A stretch of 64,000 bases of DNA from Octopus vulgaris (lineage: Eukaryota), in NCBI GenBank assembly GCA_951406725.2, contig OX597828.1, forward strand, positions 48,794,001-48,858,000, read 5' to 3'. Within the stretch, counting starts at the first letter, position 1. Every line of letters starts with the position of its first letter. Below the pieces are notes generated by a model, which made no database searches, was not told where the DNA came from, and saw nothing but the letters and a program-made list of their open reading frames with translations. The position numbers were made by a program, and so were the translations under genes. Positions 1 to 12,270 of the stretch are shown piece after piece.

Positions 1-17
1 GTTTTTGTTCCATGTTA

Positions 18-70
<53 letters not shown>

Positions 71-196
71 TAGTTAATCCAAACATAAACATGCAAGAAA
101 AACACAACAACGCGAGGACGCTATTGTGTCAGAAATATAGAAAAAGTCCAAAGAAGGGAAGACGGAGAAAGAAAATCGCCAACGATACACACGCGG

Positions 197-200
<4 letters not shown>
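71..200 (-). mobile_element. Short dispersed repeat (Penelope-like pseudo-LTR family A), internally deleted copy
   Basis: Reverse-complement match to 16986-17194 (gtgaccgcgtgtgtatcg ... ggattaact) with the central hammerhead-like segment missing; abuts (TA)n. Confidence 0.6.
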
Positions 201-283
<83 letters not shown>

Positions 284-320
284 CATACGTGTATATGTAT
301 GTATGTATGTATGTATGTAT

Positions 321-808
321 TCAGTTTTATTTCAAGATCCAGTTTCTAATCTATATACAAGCTTCCTTCATTGAAATTTCAGCAACATCAACAGGGTATT
401 TTTGCATGTATAGGTGTATATATGCGGCGTTTGGAGTCAGTGCATGTGCAGGTCTGAATGTTTTGTTTTATGTATGTATTCTCATGCATAGTTGCATGTC
501 TAGACATGCTCATATATACTTAAATGATAAACTTGGAAAGTTTTAGTTCTCACAGTTCCAGTGATGGCTTGGATCAGTATTCTTCGAATCAGCTTCTTCC
601 TTTCTGGTTTTGAGAAGACTAATTCCTCAAAATTTGTACTTAGTATGTTATATATATCCCAGTACCTCAATAATAGGTAGAAACCTGAACTTGTAATCTG
701 GGTAGAGTAACTGTAAATTCCTCAATAGTTTAGCGTAGGTTTTCCGTTTTCCCCTGGTCTTTAGCTTTAGGTTAACATCCGCTAGGCAGCTGATTTCCAC
801 AAATGTAC
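321..808 (-). mobile_element. 5'-truncated non-LTR retrotransposon with restriction-like endonuclease C-terminus (R4/Dong or NeSL-like) plus 3' UTR
   Basis: Minus strand reads TFVEISCLADVNLKLKTRGKRKTYAKLLRNLQLLYPDYKFRFLPIIEVLGY, matching the E-x-S-x-P-x-D...K...Y...P-I-I-x-x-L-G pattern of RLE domains; 3' end aaataaaactgaa runs into (TACA)n. Confidence 0.7.
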
Positions 809-969
809 CTGACGTAGTGGTCACGGCTGGATCATCTTTAATTATTTGCCTGCTCGATTAAGGATGATCTGGGATACATAACACCATCACCACCACCAAC
901 AGCAACGACAACAACCATATTGTTAATGAAAAGAAATTGAAAATAATACGAAACCAATGCTAGCTTTAA

Positions 970-1189
970 CCTTTTAGCATTCCAGCCGACCATATCCGGC
1001 CCAAATATTCTACTTGTTTTTGTGCATTTCGGCCAGATTTGGCCTTTCACACATACTCTACAATGTCATTCTAAAAATAAACAATCACATTCATTGAAAT
1101 TTTGAAGCTATGAGGTAATGCATGACCAATACAAAACAATGGGATTAAATAAGCATTACTTTTGATAGGATAATCTGAATGCGAAAGGA
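970..1189. mobile_element. piggyBac-type MITE, about 220 bp
   Basis: TTAA at 966-969 and 1190-1193; imperfect TIRs ccttttagcattc / gaatgcgaaagga. Confidence 0.7.
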
Positions 1190-1487
1190 TTAAGTAGAAG
1201 CAAGATGGCGGATAGTGTTGTTTTTAATCTTTGGTCAAATCCGTAAACTTCACAAACTACCTTCGCAAATGGCACTCCACACACCGTACATCCACATGCC
1301 ACTTATCGCACACAACCTGCGCCGCGCTCCGCATGTCATACACCGCCAAACGCGACATACCGCACATTATTCGACCACCACCACCACCTTTCTCACCCCA
1401 CAGTACACAACCCCAGAAACGTACCCCAGGTCATACTCCACTCCACCACGCTCCACCCCACCGCGCCCTACATTTTCAACACTAAAC

Positions 1488-1536
<49 letters not shown>

Positions 1537-1785
1537 CCAACACAAACAATACAAAAATAGTTTTGAAAAACCGAAACAGCGAATACAAAATGTCGAGTTA
1601 GAGACAGAAATACGAGTCAGTGAGTACAGAGAGAAGAGAGGACCTGAAAAATGGAGTACAGAGAGGGAGAGTACCGTAGGTGTGAGAGTGAGAGTACTGA
1701 AAGTGGGAGTACGAGAGTACAGAGTCTGAGAGTGACAGTATTGAAAGAGTATATGCTTGATTTTTTGTCTTCCCATTTCTTTCTC

Positions 1786-1826
<41 letters not shown>

Positions 1827-1967
1827 CTCTGCCTCTCTCTTTCTCTGCCTTTCTCTCTTTCCCTTACTTTATCCTCTGACCTTGACACCACATCCTCCAC
1901 ACGGCATTTAGTCAATAACATATTTCATTAGCAACCAACTGGAAGATACTCTCCCTCCCCATCCCCC

Positions 1968-2083
<116 letters not shown>

Positions 2084-2391
2084 TTCTCTGTTCTCTTTTC
2101 TTCAATTTTTGCCATTTTTTTCTCTCTCGATCTTCACTTTCTCCTTTCAACCCCTCCTTTTTATTCCCTATTTCTCTAATTCTTCGCGAGTGTGTGTTTA
2201 TGTGTGTTTGTGTGTGCGTATGTTTGTGTGTGCGTGTGCTTGTGTCTTCGTTAAATACATTCTTAAAATAGATATTTGGGGAGTGGGGGACGAGGGGCGA
2301 GAGAAGGTGACGCGAAGGAAAACTTGTTTGTTTTCAAGTTGTATATTTAGGCTATTTATCACACTCACAGCTTGTTGAATAGACAAATGTC

Positions 2392-2481
2392 AACCATACT
2401 ATTGGGAACCATACTATTGCGAACCATACTATTGCGAACCATACTATTGCGAACCATACTATTGCGAACCATACTATTGAG
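2392..2481. repeat. 15-bp tandem minisatellite (aaccatactattgcg) x6, with decayed copies to about 2553
   Basis: Directly visible head-to-tail units, no spacers. Confidence 0.9.
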
Positions 2482-2664
2482 AAACTCACTAAATAGAAAG
2501 AGATGTCAGCCATACTATTGGAAGTACGACAAATGGTAACGATACTATTAGAGCAGAGATTCTGAAACATTATTTTACCCGTGGAACACGTTTGATCGTT
2601 ACTTTATTCGGGTGGACTCTCACAGGCATTCGATGTTTTTAAAAAATAACCCTCTTATAGTTTT

Positions 2665-2724
2665 ACGTCGAGCCTAGTTAGTACTTAGATGGGTGACCAC
2701 TTGGGAAACCTAGGTGCTGTAAGC
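2665..2724 (+). pseudogene. 5S rRNA 3' half (truncated pseudogene)
   Basis: cgtcgagcctagttagtacttagatgggtgaccacttgggaaacctaggtgctgtaagc matches the metazoan 5S 3' domain (ggttagtacttggatgggtgaccgcctgggaatacc...gtgctgtaagc); 5' half absent. Confidence 0.85.
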
Positions 2725-2736
2725 GTCACACATTTA

Positions 2737-3068
2737 GGCACAGGAGTGGCTGAGTGGTAAGGCGGCGAGCTGGCAGAAACGTTAGGTCGACTTTACCTTT
2801 CATTCTTTCGGGGTCGATAAATTAAGTACCAGTTACGCGCTGGGGTCGATGTAATCGACTTAATACCTATGTCTGTCCTTTGTTTGTCCTCTCTGTGTTT
2901 AGCCCCTTGTGGGTAATTAAGAAATAGGTAAGTATCTTGCTTACCAACCACATGGTTCCGGGTTCAGTCCCACTGCGTGGCACTTTGGGCAAGTGTCTTC
3001 TACTATAGCCTCAGGCCAACCAAAGCCTTGTGGTTGACGGAAACTGAAAGAAGCCCGTCGTATATATG

Positions 3069-3130
<62 letters not shown>

Positions 3131-3315
3131 TCCCCCCAACATCGCTTGACAACCGTTGCTGGTGTGTTTATGTCCTCGTATCTTAGTGGTTCGGCAAAAG
3201 AGGCCGATAGAATAAGTACTGGGCTTACAAAGAATAAGTCCTGGGGTCGATTTGCTCGACTAAAGGCGATGCTTCAGCATGGCCGCAGTCAAATGACTGA
3301 AACAAGTAAAAGAGT
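2737..3315 (+). mobile_element. tRNA-derived SINE family S1 with internal TA/TG microsatellite, interrupted by a family S2 SINE at 2761-2926
   Basis: A box tggctgagtgg, B box ggttcagtccc; body shared with copies at 9951, 18482, 22127 and 30410. Confidence 0.85.
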
Positions 3316-3412
3316 AAAAATTATTGGTTTCAAATTTTGGTACGAGGCCAGCTATTTCGAGGGAGGAGGTAAGTCAGTTACATCTGTCAGAAGATGATAT
3401 TCCACCCCCCCC

Positions 3413-3448
<36 letters not shown>

Positions 3449-3558
3449 TATCTGTCTCGGAAGCCTTGTTAAATGTCGCAGACATTTCTGCTTCACTTCT
3501 GAATAATTTTTTTTTATAAAAACCGCTAAATATTTTATCCTTTTACCCCCAACTCAAT

Positions 3559-3805
3559 GGAGGCGCGTGGCTTAGTGGTTATGGTGTTGGACTCATGATC
3601 GTAAGATTGTGGTTTCGATTCCTGGACCGAGCGACGAGTTGTGTTCTTGAGCAAAACACTTCATTTCACGTTGGTCCAGTCCACTCAGCTGGCAAAAATG
3701 AGTAATCCTGCGACGGACCGGAGTCCTGTCCTGGTGAGGAATAAATACGCTATGGAAACCAGGAAACCGGGACTACGCTAGTCTATAGGACTCGGGAAGG
3801 AACTT
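3559..3805 (+). mobile_element. tRNA-derived SINE family S3
   Basis: ggaggcgcgtggcttagtggtt A box, gtttcgattcc B box, conserved body ttgtgttcttgagcaaaacacttcatttcacgttg...ccactcagctgg. Confidence 0.85.
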
Positions 3806-4101
3806 TTTTACTACCACCAACTCGAACAATTCAGTGGATTGTAAGAAATCCTTAAGGCGAAGACAAAAAAAACCCCAATCAACTACAATAGATGTGACTA
3901 TAAAAGCACATAATAAAACAATCACCACAACAACAATAACAACTGCAACAATAACCACATCGACCACAGCAAGAACAACAACAAAAAAGGCACATCACAA
4001 ACTATAAGAGATTCGACCTTGATTTGGTGTCGCTTCTCTGAAGTTGCTAATTCTTCATTGGAACGAGGCAACGAGGAAATTTGAGAATCGGTGATGGAGA
4101 A

Positions 4102-4179
<78 letters not shown>

Positions 4180-4490
4180 TGTGTGTGTGTGTGTGCGCGA
4201 TGGTGGCAGTAGAGGTGTTTTTTTTTTTGAGGCTTTGCTTCCAACTTAGAATATGGTAGCAGGGAGAAGGTAACAGCCCGAAAAGTGCAAGAACTACAAA
4301 AGATCTGAGTTAGTTTTGATTCTTAAGTATGTCTTAAAGAAACATTAGTGTTTTTTGGTATTCTTGTTGGTGTTGTTGGTGTTGTTGTTGTTGTTATTGC
4401 TTGAGGTATTTTTCAAACGAAAACAAAATAAAAAAAGATAACTCAGTGTCATAACAGCAGAAACACGTGTGTGTGTGTATCCCATGTACC

Positions 4491-4556
<66 letters not shown>

Positions 4557-4640
4557 TTGTCTGTATTGCCTTAATCTCTGCCAACGTGAATGTATGTATA
4601 GTATACATATATATATATATATGATGTATATGTGTATATG

Positions 4641-4680
<40 letters not shown>

Positions 4681-4862
4681 CATATACATATACACATATA
4701 CATCATATATATATATATATGTATACTATACATACATACTTATATATACACACACACTTCTGTATGGAGGTAGTAATGTAGATAAATGCAATTAGGTTTT
4801 ACACACACACACATACATATATATACATGTAGTATCTATTATACATATATATATTATATATT

Positions 4863-4957
<95 letters not shown>

Positions 4958-5704
4958 GTACACACACACACGAATATACTTACATAGAGCATAAAATTAC
5001 AGAATAGTAAGAAACTACTATATACATATGTGTACACACACACACACACATATATACATATACTAAACACCACTCGAACGAAAGCATTTCATCCTAACAC
5101 TATTTTCATCTTAAACGCCATCAAAAGAACAAAAACGAACGAACAAACAAACAAACAGGAGCAACCAAAACCATATCAACAACAACAACAACAACACCAC
5201 TAACACAAACAACACCCAACACTACTTGAACGAAACCGTTTCTATGAAACGCTATCAAAAGACATTAACCAATATGAAAGGCACAAACTATTTTCACCAC
5301 TAACACCATTGACACCGTTCTCATCCAAACAACAACAATAACAGAGGCAAGACACACGAACAACAATAACAACGGTGACGACGATGACAACAACAGCAAC
5401 AGCAACAACAACAATAGGATCAACTACTTTGTTCCGCCTTCTTGTTGGCGTCGGGTGTTACCAGAAATGGCTACGAAGAGAAGAGGACCAACCAAAGCTT
5501 TAGATAAACGAACAACCCTTCCTTCGGGCTAATGTGTGTGTGTATGTGTGTGTGTGTGTGTGTGCGTGCGTGTGTGCGAGCGATCGTGCATGTATATATA
5601 TATATAGAGAAAGACAGACAGACAGATAGATATCTGCATACACGCGCGCATACATATACATATACATTATACATAAGTACATACATACAATTATACACTA
5701 TGTT

Positions 5705-5737
<33 letters not shown>

Positions 5738-5804
5738 ATGTATGTATTTATATTTATTTGTACACCTATGTATGTAAATATAATAGACATGTGTTTGGCA
5801 TATA

Positions 5805-6330
5805 TAAGAGATGAGAACACTCAATACCAGGGTGGCAGAGATTAAGGCAATACAGACAACTAATATGATCCATCAGCGGCGAATCGTTACGCACAATTAT
5901 GTCAAACTTATATAAGAATACTATCAGAATACTCATCGGGCCGTTGAGAACAAATTATTTCCGCTCCTCAACGGAAGATGTATAGCGATATATAGGCATG
6001 ACTAAAAGAAAATTTAAGATACGTGTTATAACTGTCTATCATATTCAAGTCGTGATATTATTACTTAAGACATCTACTATCAACAATATGTATTGTATCA
6101 GCTGTATGTATTGAAAGTTACAGCCGGAGATTAGAGTGCAAATAGAAAATGCTGAAAAAACTCAGGCAATTTGAAAATTGACAGCAAAACACATAATTTA
6201 TGCGCAACTGAGCAAAGAGCAGTTAGTATTGAAGCGCTCGGAGGCTACCAGACGTCTACCTTAATTCTACACCAGAACTGCTCAGTAAATGCATGCACAC
6301 TGAAAGACCAACACGCTAACAATCGCAGCT
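5805..6330 (+). mobile_element. Decayed Penelope-like element: GIY-YIG endonuclease C-terminal remnant preceded by an inverted pseudo-LTR
   Basis: Plus-strand peptides in shifting frames: PLLNGRC (about 5961), YIGMTKRKFKIR (5989-6024), HNLCATEQ (about 6192), LNSTPELLSKCMH (6260-6298), matching PLE consensus CPLNGxC..YIGxTxxxFKxR..CNLCxxEK..LNxRxELxSKCRH; decayed hammerhead on minus strand at 5874-5946. Confidence 0.7.
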
Positions 6331-6392
6331 TGGTATCTGGCACAACGTGTAAACAAAACTGTAGACTGCGCAATAATATTTAGCGTCTGAAT

Positions 6393-6800
6393 GGCGGCGA
6401 GCTGGCAGAATCGTTAGCACGCCGGGCAAAATGCTCAGCGGTATTTCGTCTGTCGCTACGTTCTGAGTTCAAATTCCGCCGAGGTCGACTTTGCCTTTCA
6501 TCCTTTCGGGGTCGATAAATTAAGTACCAGTTAGGCACTGGGGTCGATGTAATCGACTTAATACCTTTGTCTGTCTTTGTTTGTTCCCTCTATGTTTAGC
6601 CCCTTGTGGGCAATAAAGGAATAAGGAACGTTAATACGCCAGGCAAATTGCTTATCGGCATTTCGTTCGACTTCACATTCTGGGTTCAAATTCAGCCGAG
6701 ACCGACTTTGCGTCTCATCCTTTCGGGATTGGTAAAATAAGAACCAGTTGATATAATAAACTTTCTCGAAGTTGCTGGCATTGTGACAAAATTTGAAATT
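6393..6800 (+). mobile_element. SINE family S2, dimeric
   Basis: ggcggcgagctggcagaatcgttagc head, gagttcaaattcc B box, core gcctttcatcctttcggggtcgataaattaagtacc; second partial unit follows caataaaggaata. Confidence 0.85.
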
Positions 6801-7445
6801 GATATTTAGAGTCTGGCATTTTCACTTAACACCAGGCAATTCACTGTAACACTTGTTTTTCATCTACCGCTCCTCGTAACACTAAACTAGAGAAGCGGTA
6901 CTATTCATGGGGTGGCAGTGGAAGGTTTTATATTGATACAAAGAATAAAAGGGGATACGAGATGACACATAAAGCATAAAGAATACGTGACACGTGAGTG
7001 GGTTTGACGAAGTCACGTGTTAAAGGTTGGATCAGTAACTACGTCCAAGCGGTGATACTTCAAATATTTACTTATGGTGGTATGAAAAGAAATCCCCCAC
7101 TTCAGACAAGTACCCGGAACTAAATTGCTCTGACCTATATTAAGATTATGTGCCCTAAAAGTGGGGATGGTCATTGAACAGTAGCGAGGAGTATCGATAG
7201 ATATGTTACTATAAGAAAAAAAATGTTTGAGAAGCTCAGATCTGAAACTCATACATATGTCTCAATCTCTCGATCAATCATTCTATCCGTCTTATTTACC
7301 AATATTCACGCATAAAGTATCAGGTGATCCTGTGCAGTTCGATGGAAGTCGTATGATTTGATAGTGACACAAACGTCTTTACGCAGCCATGCTTGTGCCT
7401 ATATATCTACATACATACATACGTGTATATATGAATGTATTTATG

Positions 7446-7509
<64 letters not shown>

Positions 7510-7539
7510 TAGATATAGATAGATAGATAGATAGATAGG

Positions 7540-7573
<34 letters not shown>

Positions 7574-7627
7574 TGTATACATACACACATGAACATTCAT
7601 GCATATATACATATACCATATACAGAC

Positions 7628-7679
<52 letters not shown>

Positions 7680-7699
7680 GTATTCCGTTTTCTTTTTTA

Positions 7700-8370
7700 T
7701 TTCGTTTTACTGGTTTCAGTCATTTGATTGCGGCCATGCTGGAGCACCGCCTTTTAGTCGAACAAATCGACCCCAGGACTTATTCTTTGTAAGTCTAGTA
7801 CTTATTCAATCGATCTATTTTGCCGAACAGTTAGGTTACGGGGGACGTAAACACACCACCATCGGTTGTCAAGCGATGGTGTGGGGACAAATTCAGACAC
7901 AATCATACACGCACTGCCTTCGCAACGCGGAGTAGAGGAAACAGGGACAACTGATGAAGGGGAATATTCTTTATGTTGCAGGTCTTGTTTCGCTGTTTGT
8001 TTGTTTTTTTCGTTGCTCGAAAAAAAAGTTCGTTTCTATGTTGTTGTTTTCATGCTTTCGTTTCTCATTGTGTTTAACGTTCTTTTTTTTTTTTTTTTTT
8101 TGATGTCCTGTACCCATATATGCATGTATATATACATATATATGTAGGTATGTACATATATGTATGTATATATGCATATATTTATATATTATTTATATTA
8201 TTATATATGACGGGCTTCTTTCAGTTTCCGTCTACCAAATCCACTCACAAGGCTTTGGTCGGCCCGAGGCTATAGTAGAAGACACTTGCCCAAGGTGCCA
8301 CACAGTGGGACTGAACCCAGAACCATGTGGTTGGTACGCAAGCCACTTGCCACACAGCCACTCCTGCGCC
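7700..8370 (-). mobile_element. SINE family S1 with an unrelated insert of about 210 bp (7910-8120) in its internal microsatellite
   Basis: 3' half at 7700-7900 and 5' half at 8207-8370 are collinear with the S1 consensus. Confidence 0.8.
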
Positions 8371-8529
8371 TATATATACACATATTTATTATTATTATTA
8401 TTATTATTAGTTAAGTTCAATCGAGTTTGTTTTTTTGGAAAGAATAGAATATAAAACCTTTCACTTTCATAGTATTAATAACTATGAAAAATTGGTGGGA
8501 ATATTATCTGTATGGACTTCAAGGGCTAG

Positions 8530-8598
<69 letters not shown>

Positions 8599-8971
8599 AT
8601 AGATCAGTGCTCGTTGCCCACTGCATACGCGTCCTTCTCTACGTTATCCAATACCTTTGGACACGATGTGGCCATAATAACTGTGTGTGTATATGTATGT
8701 AGGCTGTGATGTGTGTATGCATGTATATGTTTATGTATGTTGACTAAGGACAGAGGTAAGCTAAAGCCAGCTGAACCGTATTTAGAGGAGTGACAGTGGT
8801 GGAAGAGGTTAAGACACATTCTGCAATGGAAAAAATATTGCAACAACATATGGTACACACATACACATAGGCACACACGCACGCGCACACATACATACAT
8901 ATCCACGCACACACACACATACGCGAGTGCATATGTATGTATATATATGTATGTGTATGAGAGAGAGAGAG

Positions 8972-9010
<39 letters not shown>

Positions 9011-9047
9011 ATAATACACACTCGCACATGTGTGTATACACATGCAC

Positions 9048-9085
<38 letters not shown>

Positions 9086-9200
9086 AATATATACACACAC
9101 ATATATATAAATATATACATATATATATATATATAAATATATACATATATATATATAAATATATACACATATATATATAAATATATACATATATATATAA

Positions 9201-9242
<42 letters not shown>

Positions 9243-9246
9243 CATA

Positions 9247-9298
<52 letters not shown>

Positions 9299-9447
9299 CA
9301 TATATACATATATATATAAATATATACATATATATATATATTCATGTATTTGCATATATATTATATACATATATATATATATATATATTTATATAACAGA
9401 GAAGTGTGAAATCACATACACACTAGAAAGAGAGCGATAGAGAGAGA

Positions 9448-9482
<35 letters not shown>

Positions 9483-9950
9483 AGAGTGAGAGAGTGAGAG
9501 AAAGAGAGAGAGTGAGAGAGATTGTATTCAGCTCTCTCACACGACCGTGAAAACTACCGTACACAGACTTTTCTTTTGATGAATAAAACATTTTTTCTTC
9601 GTCATCATCGTTGTCGTTATTGTCGCCGTCGTCGTCATCGTCACCATTTCTGTTGTTGTTGTTGTTGTTGTTGTTCTTGTTGCTTTTATTGTTGCTGTTG
9701 ATAATAACAAACTATTTCTGAAATGTCTGCATTCTTTATTTCCTACATTCCTAAGATGAGTGAAGGGCGGAGATTTTGCCTATAAAAGAAAACCGGTGGA
9801 GCAACGGACCAAGGTGCATTTAAAACGTTTCATTTTCGTTTTCCTGTGGGGGGAGGCACGGTTGTTTGATGTTGTTGTTGTTTTCCATTTAAGTGTATTT
9901 ATTTTCATTTTATTTTTAAAGTTTAGTTTAATTTTTTATTTTATTTATAT

Positions 9951-10350
9951 AGGCGTACGAGTGGCTGTGTGGTAAGTAGCTTGCTTACCAACCACATGGT
10001 TCCGGGTTCAGTCCCAAGGCGTTGCACCTTGGGCAAGTGTCTTCTACTATAGCCTGGGATCGACCAAAGCCTTCTGAGTGGATTTGGTAGACGGAAACTG
10101 AAAGAAGCCCGACGTATATATGTATATATATGTATATATATGTATGTGTGTGTGTGTATGTTTGTGTGTGTTTGTCCCCCCAACATCGCTTGACAGCCGA
10201 TGCTGGTGTGTTTACGTCCCCGTAACTTAGCGGTTCGGCATAAGAGGCCGATAGAATAAGTACTAGGCTTACAAAGAATAAGTCCTGGTGTCGACTTGTT
10301 CGACTAAAGGCGATGCTCCAGCATGGCCACAGTCAAATGACTGAAACAAT
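9951..10350 (+). mobile_element. SINE family S1, full length
   Basis: Near-identical to 22127-22565. Confidence 0.9.
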
Positions 10351-10424
10351 AAAAATATATATATATTGGCATTTGAATTTCTTTTGTCCTCCGGGTGTCT
10401 GGGTGGGAAGATAACTATAAATAT

Positions 10425-10855
10425 GTTTCCAATTTTGGCACAAGGCCAGTATGTTCGAGGGTGGAGGCTACTCGGTTCCATCGATTCCAATCTTCAACTG
10501 GTACTTATTTCTTCGACCCCAAAAAACTGAAAGGCACAATTGACAACGGCGGAGTTTGAACCCAGAACGTAAAACCGGACTAAATGCCGCTAAGCATTTT
10601 ACCTGGCGAGCTAACAATTCTTATTCCTTTATTGCCCACAAAGGGCTAAACACAGAGGGGACAAACAAGGACAGACAAAGGGATTAAGTCGATTACATCG
10701 ACCTCTGTGCGTAACTGGTACTTAATTTATCGACACTCGAAATGATGAAGTTCAAAGTCAACCTCGGCTGAATTTGAACTCAGAACATAACGGCAGACGA
10801 AATACTGCTAAGCATTTCGCCCGGTGTGCTAATGATTCTGCCAGCTCGCCACCTT
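10425..10855 (-). mobile_element. SINE family S2, dimeric
   Basis: Reverse complement of the S2 head/core/tail followed by a second diverged unit. Confidence 0.8.
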
Positions 10856-11120
10856 AGTTTCCATACAGTTTCTGTCTATCAAATTAATTCACAAGGCATT
10901 GGTCGGTTCTGCGGTATAGCAGAAGATACTTGTCCAAGATGTCGTTCTCTTCAGCCATCATAACCAGGGTATGACAGTTGTATCCGCAGGTGAGGTTCCA
11001 GTTCGGGAGTTCTGGAGTTGTAGAGAACGTAGAATCGTCATCTCTTAATTACCATTATTTACAAGTTCATTCTGCCCGGGAACCGTAGTACCTGTCAGGG
11101 TCACAATTTTGGATAAAATA

Positions 11121-11647
11121 TTGGGTTGTTCGGAAAGTTCGTGCCGATTTTTAAAGGAAAGAAAAAGGCCAATAAATACTTGCCATTACATTTTTAATCA
11201 ACCAAATATGAACCATGTTGTTGCACAATGCGTCTCCATCTTTCCTTTAACTTGAAAATACCCTCTTCCCAAAATTGAGGTGGTTTCATGGCAAAGAATT
11301 CATCAAAGTATCTTTTTACGTCATCCAAGGAAATGAAATTTTTACCATTAAGACTATTCTGTAGAGACCTGAATAAGTGGAAATCCGAAGGAGCAATATC
11401 TGGTGAATATGGAGGGTGGGATAACACATCCCAGCCGAGCTGCAGCAATTTTTGCCGAAAATGAACTTTCTTATCTTCCATTTTAAAGGGTTACAGAATT
11501 AACACAAGTTATAGGAACATAAACCTTCTTCTACGAAAAGATAGCTTAAACTGTTATCTAAATGGAGGTGTAGTCAAATTCTATTTTATGGACTCAAGTC
11601 GAAAAGTAAGCTGCTATAAATTGGAACGAACTTTCCGGAGAACCCAA
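11121..11647 (-). mobile_element. Internally deleted mariner (DD34D) element, 527 bp
   Basis: TA at 11119-11120 and 11648-11649; imperfect TIRs ttgggttgttcggaaagttcgtgccgattt / aaattggaacgaactttccggagaacccaa; transposase remnant inside. Confidence 0.9.
11194..11481 (-). pseudogene. Mariner transposase, in-frame deletion product (95 aa)
   Basis: N-terminus MEDKKVHFR fused to C-terminal LGWDVLSHPPYSPDIAPSDFHLFRSLQNSL...GIFKLKERW, containing the mariner YSPDLAPxD motif. Confidence 0.85.
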
Positions 11648-12074
11648 TAGATTATTTTTTGTAAGTGTAGATTAATTTCCTTAGCTGCGGTGAGAGCAAT
11701 CAATCTAGGAGAAGGAAAACCCTAAAATTAATACCCTCTTCTAACATTGGCGATACCCTTAGCCAGCACGGAAGGGTATGACTAAGGAAAGTAACATGTG
11801 GTATGTCCAATAACATAGGTTCATACTATAGAGATAACTATCTCGTGTAAGCGCGCATTGTGCCGCTGGTAGAGTTAGTAGAAATGAGGTCGATCCTGGA
11901 TGCTCTGCTGGGATATGGGTGGAAGGCCATGAGGGTGTTTCTGAATGCTAACGACTATAAAGGCACCTAAAAAAAGCTAACAAAAGTATGGTTCTTGTAA
12001 CCAGATAATGAATTTTACACGTGAGAATTTACACATTTCTAATATATCAAGCCAGAAAAGATGACGAACAGGGA

Positions 12075-12270
12075 GAACCGTTAGCACGCCGGGAAAATGC
12101 TTAGCGGTGTTCCGTACGTCTTGGTGTTCTGAGTTCAAATTCCGCCGAGGCCGACTTTGCCTTTCATCCTTCCGGAGGCGGTAAAGTAAGTACCAGTTGA
12201 GCACTGGCATCGATATAATCGATTTCCCCCCTCCTTCGAAATTGCTAGCCTTGTGCCAAAATTTGAAACC
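12075..12270 (+). mobile_element. SINE family S2 monomer; further diverged copies at about 12700-12915, 13570-13745, 18990-19172, 24440-24605 (minus) and 29468-29665
   Basis: B box gagttcaaattcc and core gcctttcatcc...aagtaccag. Confidence 0.75.

Noticed and set aside
1610-1752. Recurrent GAGTA(C) motif (inverse TACTC at about 31866-31915 and 60120-60210)
   Set aside because: Consistent with a decayed GA-rich cryptic microsatellite; no shared flanks
2392-2553. CRISPR-like appearance of the 15-bp repeats (also the 34-bp array at 36258)
   Set aside because: No unique spacers, no cas genes, eukaryotic context
2553-2660. Possible hAT MITE end (also about 43365-43440 and 7215-7245)
   Set aside because: Only single decayed ends; no matching TIR or TSD found
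3559-3630. tRNA genes at SINE heads
   Set aside because: A and B boxes present but no closing acceptor stem or T terminator; sequence continues into SINE bodies
9765-9788. GGGCGG followed by TATAAAAG
   Set aside because: No downstream exon or ORF support; short motifs are expected by chance
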